64,000 nucleotides of DNA, from positions 120,590,001 to 120,654,000 of the forward strand of contig OZ024743.1 in assembly GCA_964016885.1 (NCBI GenBank). The letters are read 5' to 3'. How positions within the stretch are numbered: the stretch's first letter is position 1; each line of letters opens with the position of its first letter. The translations under genes were made by a program, and so were the position numbers. Shown here one piece after another: positions 1 to 13,922 of this stretch. Below the pieces are notes generated by a model. That model saw nothing but the letters and a program-made list of their open reading frames with translations. It was not told where the DNA came from and searched no databases. Origin of the DNA: Eledone cirrhosa. Lineage: Eukaryota.

Positions 1-171
1 CATATATATATATATATATATATAAATATATATATACAAGCTGAATTGACGAAGTCGTTCAAACGTTGGATATTCGAGTTTCTTCTGCCATCTGAGTTAA
101 ATACTGGTCAACTTTGCATTTCATTTATTCGGAAAAAATACCAGTCAAATACTGGTACTTTTTCGTCATAT

Positions 172-240
<69 letters not shown>

Positions 241-1749
241 TTCCAATCTCTCACTCTCTATTATATTCTGGAAGAAATCTACTGTATTCAGACCTTAAAA
301 ATGCCCTAGAAATGCCGTATGTTATCATCTACAATGTATCAAAACCACCATTTCAACATTTCAACATTTTTCTTCTTTGCTGTATTTCTATGATGCTCTA
401 AATTTGTTGACTTTACCCCACTTCTATCCAATTAATTAACACACCATTCTAACTTCTCTCGTAATCCTCTTGTTTTCCTTTATGCGCTTCAAAACCAACA
501 TTTTCCCTGCACTGCCTTCCCGGAACTTCAACCTGAACATACGTGAGGCCTGTGTTTATCTCCATCCATCCAAAACTGCTCCGTGCACAAGTTCAGGTTA
601 ATTATCAACCGCATTCGTAGTTACTAGACCTTGTATCTATTGATATTGATTTCTAATTTTGGCAGAAGTTCAAACACACTGAAAGGGTAGTCGAGTAAAT
701 CAACCCAGTACTAGAGTGGTACTATATTTCATCAACGCCTGAGCGATGAAAGATAAAGTGGATCTCGGTAGTATTTGTGGTAGGATTTCGAGTGGGCTGT
801 GATAAGCAGTAATGGGAAACCGTAGGATAAATGATTTGCAGCATTCAGTTATGTCTTAAGCTTTTCAATTCAAATCCTGCAAGGTAGACTTTGTCTTTCA
901 ACATAGATAGAAATAAGAATTACAGTCAGTTTAATCGATTATGCCCACCTTTCTTGTGCCATTGAGACCCTATTGGGATATTTGTTCTGGTTCTTTTCAC
1001 TCTGGGTTCAAATTCTGTCAAGATCAAGTTTGCTTTTCATACTTTTGTGGTCGATAACTAATTTACCAGCCCAGAATCCCGCTTTCCCCCAGCTTTCATA
1101 TATTGGCTGTTCGATTGGGTGAAGAATGTATCGGTCAAGAATGCATCTTCGTCTACTCTCGACTGTTTGAGTACCTGAAGCCATAAGTAAAAGCATGCTA
1201 CATGCTGATTCCAAGCTGTGCTTGTTTGCGAGCGATAGTCGTAGTTAGTTAAGATCTTTTCCTCTTTCACAAGATTTATAAACGCAAAGGAGCATTGATT
1301 TCTCTTAATCAGTAAGATCATATTCAATGTTTTCAAAGTATTTACCATTTGTGCCCCTAACAATATCCCTTTACTATAGCCTTTTTGCACAATCACCGCT
1401 TCTGCACATTTTGATTTGTACTGCTCAAAAAGAAAAAAATATAACCACAAGTCCAGTCAACATTACCATCACGATAATTATCTGTACAGAAATCGGGTGG
1501 GTGCAAGCTTTCCTGGATGGAGCGGAAAGTGACTTATGTAGATCGATTGGGTTTGGGATATGGAGAACAAAGCTCACATCGACTAGTCATGGCCTACTTT
1601 GCCTTAACATATCAATTCCATTGGGTATTATAGCCATTGTGGTTAATTGCATCCAAAATTGTGAGAAAGGCATTATTTGCTTTAGCCTCTATCATATTGT
1701 AGCATTTCTTCTACTATGTTTTTAACAGAAGTTACAGGTGATAATAGCC

Positions 1750-2450
1750 GTAATAACAGGAGTATAAAAACATATATATTTTGTTTCCTGTTGCCCACAC
1801 ACACCCTGAAGTAGAATTCTTACAATTAAAAGTTTATTAAACAAACTGCCCGTTCCTCAAATAACAATAATATATTTGCGAATGCTTAGAGAGATATTCT
1901 AACTCTTGGTAGTATTCTGAGCATGAAATACGACTTGTCAGATGGCCTGATTCCTCTTTGGTTAATGGCGATAGCCAGAATGATTGTATGGGTGAAAGAA
2001 CTGAGAGTTAGGAATATTTCTTTCATAGAATGGGTATTAATTTTATTTCAAGTTTATATTGAGGAGAAAAGTATAATTAGAAAAGGTGGGGAAGTTCACA
2101 GGATAATGCTTAGGGATAACCCGTTTAGTACCTACTTTAATCGAATGAGTTATTACCACGAGGAAAGGGTGAAGGAGGCTCAAGTATTTGTGGGCTTCTT
2201 ACTTCGAGTTGAAATATATACTTTTCTACTTTATCTTAATGCATTCTATATTCACGTGAATTAAATGTAAGCCTTCTACACCCATAAAGTCATAAATGAT
2301 ACATCATTTTCTTCAATCTAAGCTAAAGTATTTAGGTCCATTTTCCCGAAATAAAACGAGAGTAGCCAGTATATTGACGCTAAGAATATCATTCAATGAT
2401 CGGGTTTTATTCCTAGTTTTAGCTATTTTACTTCTATTGTTTTGCTTATC
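1750..2450 (-). pseudogene. Possible Penelope-like RT remnant
   Basis: IEENDVSFM...KKPTNT resembles the Penelope RT thumb pattern (E.N..LPFLD...RKPT.T); heavily decayed. Confidence 0.35.
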
Positions 2451-2687
2451 ATCTCCAGCTTCCGCAATTAATCTGAGTTGTTTCAAAATCAGGGGCTTTA
2501 CACCTTACAAGTATTCGTAGTCATTTACCAGTTGTGAAGATAATAGTTTCTGAAACATTGACAGATGCAGTGTGTGTGTATATATATATATATATAAGAC
2601 ATGGCAGCGATAATAAGGGACAGAGACTGCTGGAGAGAACTCGTCCATGGGTCTCGGGAATTTTACCCGCCCTATATATATATATAT

Positions 2688-2849
2688 AACGAAGGAAATG
2701 TGGTAAGGAACCAGGTGGACCATAACGCACCAAAGTACTCAATACTTAGGGTAGTAGAGTGGGTAATAGGAACAAGTAAGACCCCGACGGCTGAGCTCAA
2801 GCCGTTTCGACGAAACGGCTTGAGCTCAGCCGTCGGGGTCTTACTTGTT

Positions 2850-2854
<5 letters not shown>
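2688..2854. mobile_element. (TA)n-embedded fold-back insert, family P1
   Basis: Palindrome 2766-2854 (44-bp arms, 1-nt spacer) plus ~80-bp extension; carries the hammerhead 3' half GAAA-CGGC...GCCG-TC. Relatives at ~9632-9790, 13735-13880, 49618-49743, 51754-51848 and 55917-56150. Confidence 0.7.
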
Positions 2855-2892
<38 letters not shown>

Positions 2893-2898
<6 letters not shown>

Positions 2899-3481
2899 AA
2901 TGGCGTGCTGCGTGGTTGTACATGGGTTACATATGAATAAAATTAGTCCTTCATTAGTGATCTTCCAGCCTTCATTGGTATTTCTTCGCTTTAAAGATCA
3001 TATACCTCTGGCTGGTGCGAGCAATAACTAAAGAAAGTTATTGGGACAAGTAAAATAGGGTGAAGCGAGCGAGAGATGTAAACAACAAAGATGGTAATGC
3101 AACGGAAAGAGAAGAAGAGGGGAAAACAAGTCCGCGATATCTGTGAACTTAAGTTCTGTGAAATCATAGACGAGGAGAGATACAGACCATCCGACCTGTG
3201 TGAGATGTGAGCGAGAAAAGGATTTCACACAGGCCAAACGGGAGGAAGTGAGAGAAGGGAGAAGCAGAGAGTGAGTGAGTGAAAGTGCGAGGAAGAGTCC
3301 AGCGGAGAGAGAGTGACTGGCAGAGGGAGTAAAAAGAAGGTGAGAGGTACATAGACAGGGGAAGCAGTAAGAAAGAAACAGACATGTTGCAGCGGAGGAA
3401 AACATATAAATATATGAAAAATGGCGTGCTGCGTGGTTGCACATGGGTTACATATGAATAAAATTAGTCCTTCATCAGTGA
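2893..3481. mobile_element. Family P4 element with terminal direct repeat
   Basis: 2893-2960 repeated at 3415-3481; homologous element with direct repeat at ~63195-63820; related inverted-repeat copy 21149-21578; minus-strand CTGATGA-(A/T)GGAC motif. Confidence 0.6.
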
Positions 3482-4261
3482 AGTAAATATAATAAGTTTG
3501 AAGACTAAAATCCAAAGAGGGCTCGATAAGGATAAATATATATCAAATATATAAGAACCGTAGAGCAAATATTTATTAAAATAACAGATTAAAGTGTAAG
3601 CAAAGAATCGCTGCTTTCACCCTTAACGGGATCTTCTGAAACTAAAAAAAAAATCAATCTGTGAACGCAGGAGTAAATATTTCGAAAAACGTTGCAACCG
3701 AAGGAAGACAGGAAGACGATACTTTGGTTCGTGGAAACGTTTCTTGGCAAAGAACGGAAAAAAACGAAGATAATACGTCAGTTATTATTTGGAGCGGTGA
3801 AAACAATTACACGCAAAGACAAAACCACGTTTGTGGTATGAAGTCGTATGCATGTGTATGTACGTATATGGTTCCGTGTATGTATATATTTAATTTTTGT
3901 TGATTTCAATTACCTCTGTAATTTATTTACATTATTCTTAACTCTGAAGCCGAGAATCATTCGGTTTCCTAAATAGAATTTTAGTCTACTACTTCAGTTA
4001 TACCATAAACGTGGTTTTGTCTTTGCGTATAATTGTTCTCGAAGCTTCACATAATGACGTATTATCTTCCGTTTTTTCCGGTTATTGCCAGAGAACGTCT
4101 CCACGAACCAAAGTATCGTCTTCCTGTCTTCCTTCGGTTGCAACGGTTTTCGAAGTATTTACTTCTGCGTTCACAGATTGATTTTTTTTTAGTTTCAGAA
4201 GATCCCGTTAAGGGTGAAAGCAGCGATTCTTTGCTTAAACTTTAATCTGTTATTTTAATAT

Positions 4262-4265
<4 letters not shown>
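3480..4265. mobile_element. Fold-back insert, family P2 (long copy)
   Basis: Inverted arms ~3573-3830 and ~4010-4261 plus a one-sided extension. Relatives at 13500-13720, 26398-26635, 28542-28580 and 55688-55868. Confidence 0.7.
4191..4241 (+). ncRNA. Hammerhead-like motif with variant CAGAAGA core
   Basis: AGTTT CAGAAGA T-CCC-GTTAA-GGG-T GAAA GCA...TGC TT AAACT; further copies at 26481-26531 (+) and on the minus strand near 3590-3643 and 13601-13652. Confidence 0.55.
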
Positions 4266-4312
<47 letters not shown>

Positions 4313-4325
4313 TGTTATATATTGT

Positions 4326-4388
4326 ATTTTGTCTGATGAAGGCATACCATGATTTAACTTGGTATCCTTGAAATATATATAATGAAAT
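4326..4388 (+). ncRNA. Minimal type I hammerhead ribozyme
   Basis: ATTTTGT CTGATGA AGGCATACCA...TGGTATCCTT GAAA TATATA TA ATGAAAT; short palindromic stem III as described for Penelope hammerheads. Confidence 0.75.
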
Positions 4389-4482
4389 AAATATGGTTTT
4401 ATAAATATAGTTTCCATTTATTAATATTGTATATATATATATATATATATATGTAGATATATAGATATATACATGTATATAT

Positions 4483-4527
<45 letters not shown>

Positions 4528-5111
4528 AACACACACTCACACACACACACACGCACATATATATATATATATATATACACATGCATATATAAATGTATAC
4601 ATACACACATACAAACACATACGTACACACACGCACGCGCACACACATATACACACAGGCACACACGCGCATATATATATAACAAATATAACTAGCGGAA
4701 ATCGATTCGTTTCGACTAGGCACAAAACACCTGATTTTTAGAAAAGGAAACGTAGGCTGCTTGGCGTTCATACCTTTATCAGCAGCGGCAGCAACTACAG
4801 TAGCAGTATTCATCTAATCAAAGTGATAACTTTTACTGCTGATGCTGTTACATTTTATTGAAATGTTGTTTCCTAATTATTACTTTTAATCATATAACAT
4901 CCCCAGCTAAAGCAATTTGTCAATGCAACTAGACGGCTACTCTAACAATATACAGCAGCTCTCTAAATTAGTGTTATAGCTATGGAAAAAGTAATCTCTA
5001 GGGAAATGCTATACTTCTGTATTAGAGAGACAGCATTGCTATTGCTGCTATAACTACTGCTCTCGCAGTAACCGCCACTGCTGTTCATTACTCCTACCAT
5101 TGCCAGCGTTA

Positions 5112-5138
5112 CTGCTGCTGCTACTACTACTACTACAA

Positions 5139-5180
<42 letters not shown>

Positions 5181-5195
5181 GCTGCTGCTGCTACA

Positions 5196-5244
<49 letters not shown>

Positions 5245-5245
5245 T

Positions 5246-5308
<63 letters not shown>
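5112..5308. repeat. (CTA)n/(CTG)n microsatellite
   Basis: Direct observation. Confidence 0.95.
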
Positions 5309-6944
5309 TGAGTAGTAGTCTCATGATCGTGTTATTTGCTATCATTTACGAAGACTGAACACTATTGTTTATGACAAAATGAACAGTAGAAATTACGGAA
5401 ATCGAATTTATTTTTCTTAAGATTTCCTACCGAGTAATTTTAATTAAAATTATTTCCCCTCTTGCGGCAATTTACCTATTAAATCAGAATTTTAACAATA
5501 GTTGACATTAATTTGTCATATAAATCTATTTTTTCATTTACTATTGTTTCCCAAGAAATGATATCTCCTAACAACCATTATATATAAACTATATCTGATA
5601 ATATTTATGATTTAGATTGCTTACCTATTATGTCTACTGCTTTTATCTTAGAATTATATAAAGAACAGGTTTGAATATAAATTAACTTAGTGTTATCTAC
5701 TCCACAACTCCACAAATATGCTGCACATTTTTTTTATGAGTATTGATTAACTGATCCACTTTATAACTATTTTTTTCGTAATTTCTACTTCCTCTTAGTT
5801 TTAGTTTTCCAGTATACCCATATATAAACTAAATTCCTTTTCACATTTCTCCTAATATATCATATTGTATCAATTCCCATGTTAACTGATTAGTTTAAAA
5901 TACCTTAAGTTGAGCATAAAACATAGCGAACATAAACAATCTAGCCAAGGTATTTATTAAACATAAAAGAAACCTTGTTTATCTCAACAATTATATATGT
6001 TTTGTCATTCAATCAAATTATCATCTGATCATCATCATCATCCATCTCCCTCTAACTGGAAAAATCCTCAACACGATCACTTGACCTCCAAGAAATAGCA
6101 AACAAATTTCCTCAAATCATATCGTTTGTATTTCTAAATATAAAATAAATAAATTATAATAAAAGGGGAAAAGAGGTTGGAATACCTTTGCTCATAGGTT
6201 TGCTCAATTAAGGCTTTCCTGGGGCTAAACATCAACAAGATCTTAGCTCCCATCCTATCCTCACCCTCTTTAACAAAATACTGCTATAAATCCTCTCCCA
6301 CTAACGCTCCGATCAGTTTACAGATATCTTTGTTCACGAGTCATCCAAATGACGTCATTTAGAAGCAAAAACCGAAGTGCTACATGAACCTAATCTAAAC
6401 GTGGAAAATGTCAGTGGCATTCACATATAAAGATGTGCTGCAGCAACTGAATTACAATCAGGCTAGAACTAGTCATTTCGCTCTTCAGATTTCTTCTCAT
6501 GAACAATACTGATTCTCTTATAGTTGCAGCACTTAATGTATCCCTCGCTCGCACAATTTCAAGATGTTTGCTGCAAGCGAAAATGCTATTATATTAAAAT
6601 AAATGAATAAATAAATAAGTAAATAAGTAAATAAAATAGATCTTTGTCAGGCGAGGTTGATAATGTATATTTTAGATAATATATTACCTTTCCTGATAAA
6701 TAATCAATTGATTGCATAGAAGATTTTAAACATGTATGTACGACGAGCACATACATACACACATCCATTTAGAGACGTGCCCTGAGTATATGGAAGGTGA
6801 ATTATATATTTGCACACACACACTGACACACACACACACCTATATATATATTGTACATATATGCCCCAGTATGGCCGAAGCCTGGACCCGGTAAAAGAAT
6901 ATAAAAATGTGATAATATTTATATATGATATAATGTAATAATAG

Positions 6945-7135
6945 TAATTGTTTCTACTTTTGGCACAAGGCCAGCAATTACCCAGTACATTACTGGTACT
7001 TTATTTTATCGATCCCGTAAGGATGAAAGGCAAAGTTGACCTCGGCGGGATTTGAACTCAGAATGGAAAGGGCCGTAACTCTATGCGTCAAAGCACGGCG
7101 CTCGACCCTCTACCGATACTGCCAATCCACCGCCA
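6945..7135 (-). mobile_element. Same SINE family
   Basis: Reverse complement of 48869-49053. Confidence 0.8.
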
Positions 7136-7291
7136 ATAATAATAATAATAATAACAGTAATTACACACCCACATACACACATGCACAAACACACGCATGC
7201 ACAAACACACGCACGCACGCACACACACACATACACACACACATTTGTATATATATATATAAAGAGAGAGAGAGCTAGAGAGAGAGTGAAT

Positions 7292-7374
<83 letters not shown>

Positions 7375-7377
<3 letters not shown>

Positions 7378-7520
7378 TGAATTGGCAGAGTTGTCAGGAC
7401 GTCGGATAGAATGCTTTGTGCTATTCGTTTCAGCTCTCTACGCTTTGAGTTCAAATCCCGCTGAGGTCAACTTTACCTTTATTCCATTCGAAGTCGATAG
7501 AAAAGTATTGAGGTCGATTC
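7375..7520 (+). mobile_element. Same SINE family, diverged
   Basis: TGGCAGAG...GAGTTCAAATCCCGCTGAGGTCAACTTT. Confidence 0.75.
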
Positions 7521-7631
7521 TTTTTCTATTCCTCCCCACCCCTCTCTCTCTATATATATATATGCATACATATATCCTTATATATGGACACATTCATAAA
7601 ATATAAATGCACTTATACCATTATACATTTA

Positions 7632-7663
<32 letters not shown>

Positions 7664-8124
7664 GGATGCATGTATATATGTACACACATATGGATGCATG
7701 TATATATGTACATCTATATATGTACATACGCATACGCACACATATTGTATACAAATTTAAATATATCTATAATATATTATAAAATCTTAAAAAGTTTATG
7801 AGATACTATAAAGTTGTTTAAGACCCACATCTACTTTAACCCTTTAGCATTTAAACCGGCCATATCCAGCCAGAATTCTCTCACCTCTTTCTGTTCAAAC
7901 TGGCTGTAATCGGCCACTCATACCAATATTATGGTATTATTCTTAAAATAAATGACATCAAAATCTCATAGATTCGATATTATGTAAGATCATTATGTGT
8001 GATAAAGTGTTTACCGTGAAAATATAATAGTATATATAGAGTAATGCAAATGCTAAAGGGTTAAGGCAATCCTTTAGCTGACCACGGCTCACACGGTAGT
8101 TTTGTATCAAACCTATCATATTGA

Positions 8125-8440
8125 AGTCACATGTCTTAGTGGTTAAAGCTTTGGGTTTACAATTGTTAGGTTGAGAGTTCGATTCCAGGATCGGGTGATA
8201 TGTTGTGTCCTTGAGCAAGACACTTTATTTCACGTTACTCCAATTTACTCAGCTGTAGAAATGAGTTTTGACGTCACTGGTGCCAAGTTGTATTGGCCTT
8301 TGCCTTTCTCTTAGACAACATAGGTGGCGTTGATAGGCGAGACCGGTATGCATGGTTGACTGCTGGTCTTCCACAAACAACCTTACCCGGATTTGTACCA
8401 CGGAAGGGAAACTTTGTAGGTGCAAATCCCATGGTCATTT
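8125..8440 (+). mobile_element. Second tRNA-type SINE family
   Basis: TCTTAGTGG A box, GAGTTCGATTCC B box, GTGTCCTTGAGCAAGACAC hairpin. Other diverged SINE-like pieces near 8600-8860, 11660-11950 and 14005-14280. Confidence 0.65.
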
Positions 8441-9398
8441 ACACTTTTTTGTGGCTACACCTATGACTTTTATCAATTTCCATAGCACCTTCTGCTCAAT
8501 CATGTCAACATCAGCTTTAAAGTAGATTAAGTTGTAGCACAAGGGTATTAGATCTTTTTTATTTATTTATTTATTTATTTATAAATCAACTATTTGTCTA
8601 TGGCCACAGCATAGCCGAATGGTTAAGGAGCTCACTTAGCAAACATTAGTACACCTCGTGTCATTTACCATAGTCTCAGGTCAATCCATGCCCTGTGAGA
8701 AACATTGCGTAGTCAGAAATTAATTGGAAGCCCCTTCGGATGGATTATATATGTAACCCAAACGCCCAGCCTTGTCATATGTTGTGTCACGCTGAATCTC
8801 CCGAGAGTTATGTTTAGGGCACACGTGTCTGTGGAATTCTCAGCTACCTACACTTCAATTTCATTACCTGTTAAGAACATTTTCGTTATTTTCTTCGTAT
8901 ATAGCAACGCATATGATATTGTTTTTATACGTTTCAAAACTAGTTGACTTTCATAAAAACATAAAAAAAAGAAAAAAAAAAAGAACCAGTGTACATGAGT
9001 TTCCATGCAATGAAGTAAATTAAGACTTAAATTCTAGGTTGCATATGACATAAATACTAACTCGCTATCAACTCTCTTTGTGTATGAAAGCGTAGAAAAT
9101 CTTGTCTTCTGTAAAAGCCAGCTACTTTCAAAACAAAGACAATAACTTTCATTTCTCTGCGCAAGAATCTAAAAAAAGAAAGGATATTCACACATGTTTA
9201 TATTTGCAGTGAGACTTATCATTAAGAGCAAACTTTATCTGGATTAGTTTTTAGTGTATATGACTCTACAAGTAACCAATGGATCAAGTAAATGAGTATT
9301 CGATTCCTGGGTAGAACAACTATTTAATCTGATCAGCTGCGCAATCCGTTACCGGTTGTTTCATATCTATAAAAAAAAAAGATGTGTGTGTGTATGCA

Positions 9399-9442
<44 letters not shown>

Positions 9443-9601
9443 CCCCCCTCTCTCTCTCTCTCTCACCCCCCTCTCTCCCTCCCTTCCTGTCGCTCTCTCT
9501 CTGTATATATATATATATATATAAACAAATATGTCGATAGAAAAATTAACTTTAAAATACTTATCTATTTCTTTACACATGAATCAAAGGAGTTGGACCA
9601 T

Positions 9602-9632
<31 letters not shown>

Positions 9633-9789
9633 ACGAAGGAAATGTGGTAAGGAACCAGGTGGACCATAACGCACCAAAGTACTCAATACTTGGGGTAGTA
9701 GAGTGGGTAATAGGAACCAGTAAGACCCCGACGGCTGAGCTCAAGCCGTTTCGACGGCTAATTCTGGACGTCGGGGTCTTACTGGTTCC

Positions 9790-10093
<304 letters not shown>

Positions 10094-10288
10094 CAAAATA
10101 TATTAACAAAATAAATATTCTTGTGATCAAGTATATTTTATAAAATATACTTGATCACAAGAATATCTATTTTGTTAATATTTTTAATTAATATTAATAT
10201 CTCTGGAAAACCATATTTGTTGAGTGCTTTCAATCTATTGTAAAACTCATTCTTTTTTTCATTTATTCATTGAACCTTGTTTAACTTT

Positions 10289-10386
<98 letters not shown>

Positions 10387-10638
10387 GTATTTATGATATA
10401 TTTCGATATAGGCGCAGACATGGCTTTGTGGTTAATGCTGTTGCTTTGCTACCACGTGTTTCTATATTCAGTCCCGCAAGTGTCTTTTGCCATAGCCATG
10501 TGTTGACCAATGCCTTGTGAGTGGAATTTGTTAGACGGACGCTACATAATCCCGCCGTAACCACCCCTCCACACACATGTGTATATATATATATATATAT
10601 ATATATGATCACAGCTCCAAAATACTTACAGCGCGACA

Positions 10639-10687
<49 letters not shown>

Positions 10688-10691
10688 GCAC

Positions 10692-10749
<58 letters not shown>

Positions 10750-10753
10750 GCAC

Positions 10754-10831
<78 letters not shown>

Positions 10832-10832
<1 letters not shown>

Positions 10833-11084
10833 TATTGAAATTTCCGTTGGAAACAGAAAAGGTCATAGAAATGAAGAGTGCTCTATGTAAGTATCAGAGC
10901 ATAATTTAATGTATAAAAATCAATACAATATAATTACCTCATTACCAGAGGTTTCCCGAATGAGGCGAATACGAAATAAAATATATTGCCTCGTCTGACG
11001 AACGAATGAAGTCGTTTATTTCGTATTCGCCTCATTCGGGAAACCTCTGGTAATGAGGTAATTATATTGTATTGATTTTTATAC

Positions 11085-11088
<4 letters not shown>
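10832..11088. mobile_element. Fold-back insert, family P6
   Basis: 74-bp arms 10907-10980 and 11015-11088, one-sided extension, (TA)n on both flanks. Confidence 0.75.
10985..11062 (+). ncRNA. Type I hammerhead ribozyme
   Basis: Stem I ATTGCCTCGT/ATGAGGTAAT, core CTGACGA, stem II CGAATGA/TCATTCG, GAAA, stem III CC-TCT-GG, GTA cleavage triplet (cut after 11052). Confidence 0.85.
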
Positions 11089-11146
<58 letters not shown>

Positions 11147-11243
11147 TAAGCATATTGTATAGACTTCCATGTATGTCTCCCTTCTTAATCACGCTGTGTT
11201 AGTGCTACTGAGAATATATATATATTTATATATTTGTGTGTGA

Positions 11244-11280
<37 letters not shown>

Positions 11281-11512
11281 TATGCATATTCATTGGGAGC
11301 CATAATTAGTTTTATGATTACAAAGAAACAAAGATGGCGTGCTTGTTAACGAGCAGCATTCTTTAGGTTTAGCATAATCATATAAAATTGATATGGATTA
11401 CTTATGTAATACTTTTTGAACAGAGTTTATTGACACTCATTTTTTAATAAAAGTACATCTATTAGTAAGCTAATTATGAACCACCCTATATACATATATG
11501 TAAATTCAAACA

Positions 11513-11601
<89 letters not shown>

Positions 11602-12123
11602 TCACACGCACACACTCATATAGACATGCACGAACATACACACACGCACATGTGTGCGTTGGGGTGACGCAGACTAGTTTAAATGAACGACTTTACAATC
11701 ACGAGGTGCTAGACTCGATCTCACTGTGTGTAACCTTGGGCAAGTGTATGGCAGGCCAACCAAGGTTAACCCAAGCGTTGTCAGTAACATTTGCTGGATG
11801 AAAACTGTGCCGAAGACCACAGGATGAATTGTTTATTTAAAGCATGAACCAGACATGTTACTTACTATTTCACAATGAAGACTACTTTATAGGTAGACAC
11901 TAATTCAATGAGCAGGTAGTTCTGTTCACCGAACGACTGAATACTAATCTTCTCAACCGACATCGATTGATCTGTCTGACTCTCTTCCCCTCTCTTACCC
12001 ACTCTATCTTCCTCTCACACACTCACTCACTGACCCACTCACTCACACACTCACTCACTCACTCTCTCTCTCTATGTATAAATATATATATTTAGTATGT
12101 ATATATACATACATAAAACAATA

Positions 12124-12184
<61 letters not shown>

Positions 12185-12211
12185 CTCGCTAAAACAATTT
12201 CTATACCTTTC

Positions 12212-12287
<76 letters not shown>

Positions 12288-12288
12288 G

Positions 12289-12450
12289 GTATAGAAGGAG
12301 CTTCTACAGGACTAGAACTGTTTCATTCAGATGAAATCTTCATTCATCTGAATGAAACAGTTCTAGTCCTGTAGAAGCTCCTTCTATACAATAAATATAT
12401 TTTACTCTGCCATGTATTGAGTACCTTACTTACTGTGGTTATCCCCGACT
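12289..12450. mobile_element. Fold-back insert, family P3
   Basis: 47-bp arms 12289-12335 and 12343-12389 plus extension; homologous to 20538-20680, which holds a complete hammerhead. Confidence 0.75.
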
Positions 12451-12460
12451 ATATATATAC

Positions 12461-12545
<85 letters not shown>

Positions 12546-12559
12546 TATATTTATATATA

Positions 12560-12609
<50 letters not shown>

Positions 12610-12710
12610 GTCGGGGGATATTGTATATATAGATACTTATATTTATATATATATATATAAGTATCTATATATACAATATATATATACACATATACATATA
12701 TTTATATATA

Positions 12711-12798
<88 letters not shown>

Positions 12799-13395
12799 GT
12801 CGGGGGATATTGTATATATAGATACTTATATTTATATATATATATATATAAGTATCTATATATACAATATATATATATACATATATACCCATGAATATAT
12901 ATATATGTATAGACTTTACTGTTTTACTTCTTTGAGTAGGCTGTGGCCATGTTGGAGCACCACCTTGTAGAGATTTGTTCACTTATATCGACCCAGGACC
13001 CAATTTTTATTTCAAGTCTGCTACTTATTACATAAATCTATTTTTCTCAAACCGGTAATTTACGGGATATACACACATACACAAGTATACACCCCCCCCC
13101 CCCCCCGCACACACACGTACACACAATACACACACACACACACACACTTACATAAACCCGACGGGTTTTCGCGCAACTTTCGTTTACCAAATACATTGCT
13201 CAACCTGAGGTCACGGTAGATGACTGTTGCCCATGTGAATTTGAAACCACGTGTTTATGAAGCAAACCGCTTACTGGCAGTCACATACATAGATACATAC
13301 TTACATACATACAGATATACATACACACATATATACATACATACACATACATAGATATATACATACATACATACATACATATATATATACATACA

Positions 13396-13429
<34 letters not shown>

Positions 13430-13454
13430 CATACATACATACATATATACATAC

Positions 13455-13491
<37 letters not shown>

Positions 13492-13499
13492 GTAATAAA

Positions 13500-13720
13500 A
13501 ATAAATTTGAAGACTAAAATCCAAAGAGGGCTCGATAAGGATAAATATATATCAAATATATAAGAACCGTAGAGCAAAAATTTATTAAAATAACAGATTA
13601 AAGTTTAAGCAAAGAATCGCTGCTTTCACCCGTAATGGGATCTTCTGAAACTCAGAAGATCCCGTTAAGGGTGAAAGCAGCGATTCTTTGCTTAAACTTT
13701 AATCTGTTATTTTAATAAAT
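13500..13720. mobile_element. Fold-back insert, family P2
   Basis: 69-bp arms 13580-13648 and 13652-13720, plus an ~80-bp extension. Confidence 0.75.
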
Positions 13721-13878
13721 ATATATATATATATAACAAAGAGGGTGTGGTAAGATAGCAGGTGGACCGTAACACACCAGAGAACTCAATACTTAAGGAA
13801 GTAGAGCGGCTGAGTGGCTAGATTCGAACTAGCTGTCGAAACGGCCGGAGCTCAGCCGTCGGGGTCCTGACTCTTTTG

Positions 13879-13922
<44 letters not shown>

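Noticed and set aside
1058-1725. 130-aa and 132-aa ORFs
   Set aside because: No convincing motif; only a faint LINE-RT-like patch (FAFINLVK), too weak to call.
6347-6512. 14-bp CRE palindrome followed by a 34-codon ORF
   Set aside because: A single motif and a short ORF are expected by chance; no similarity recognised.
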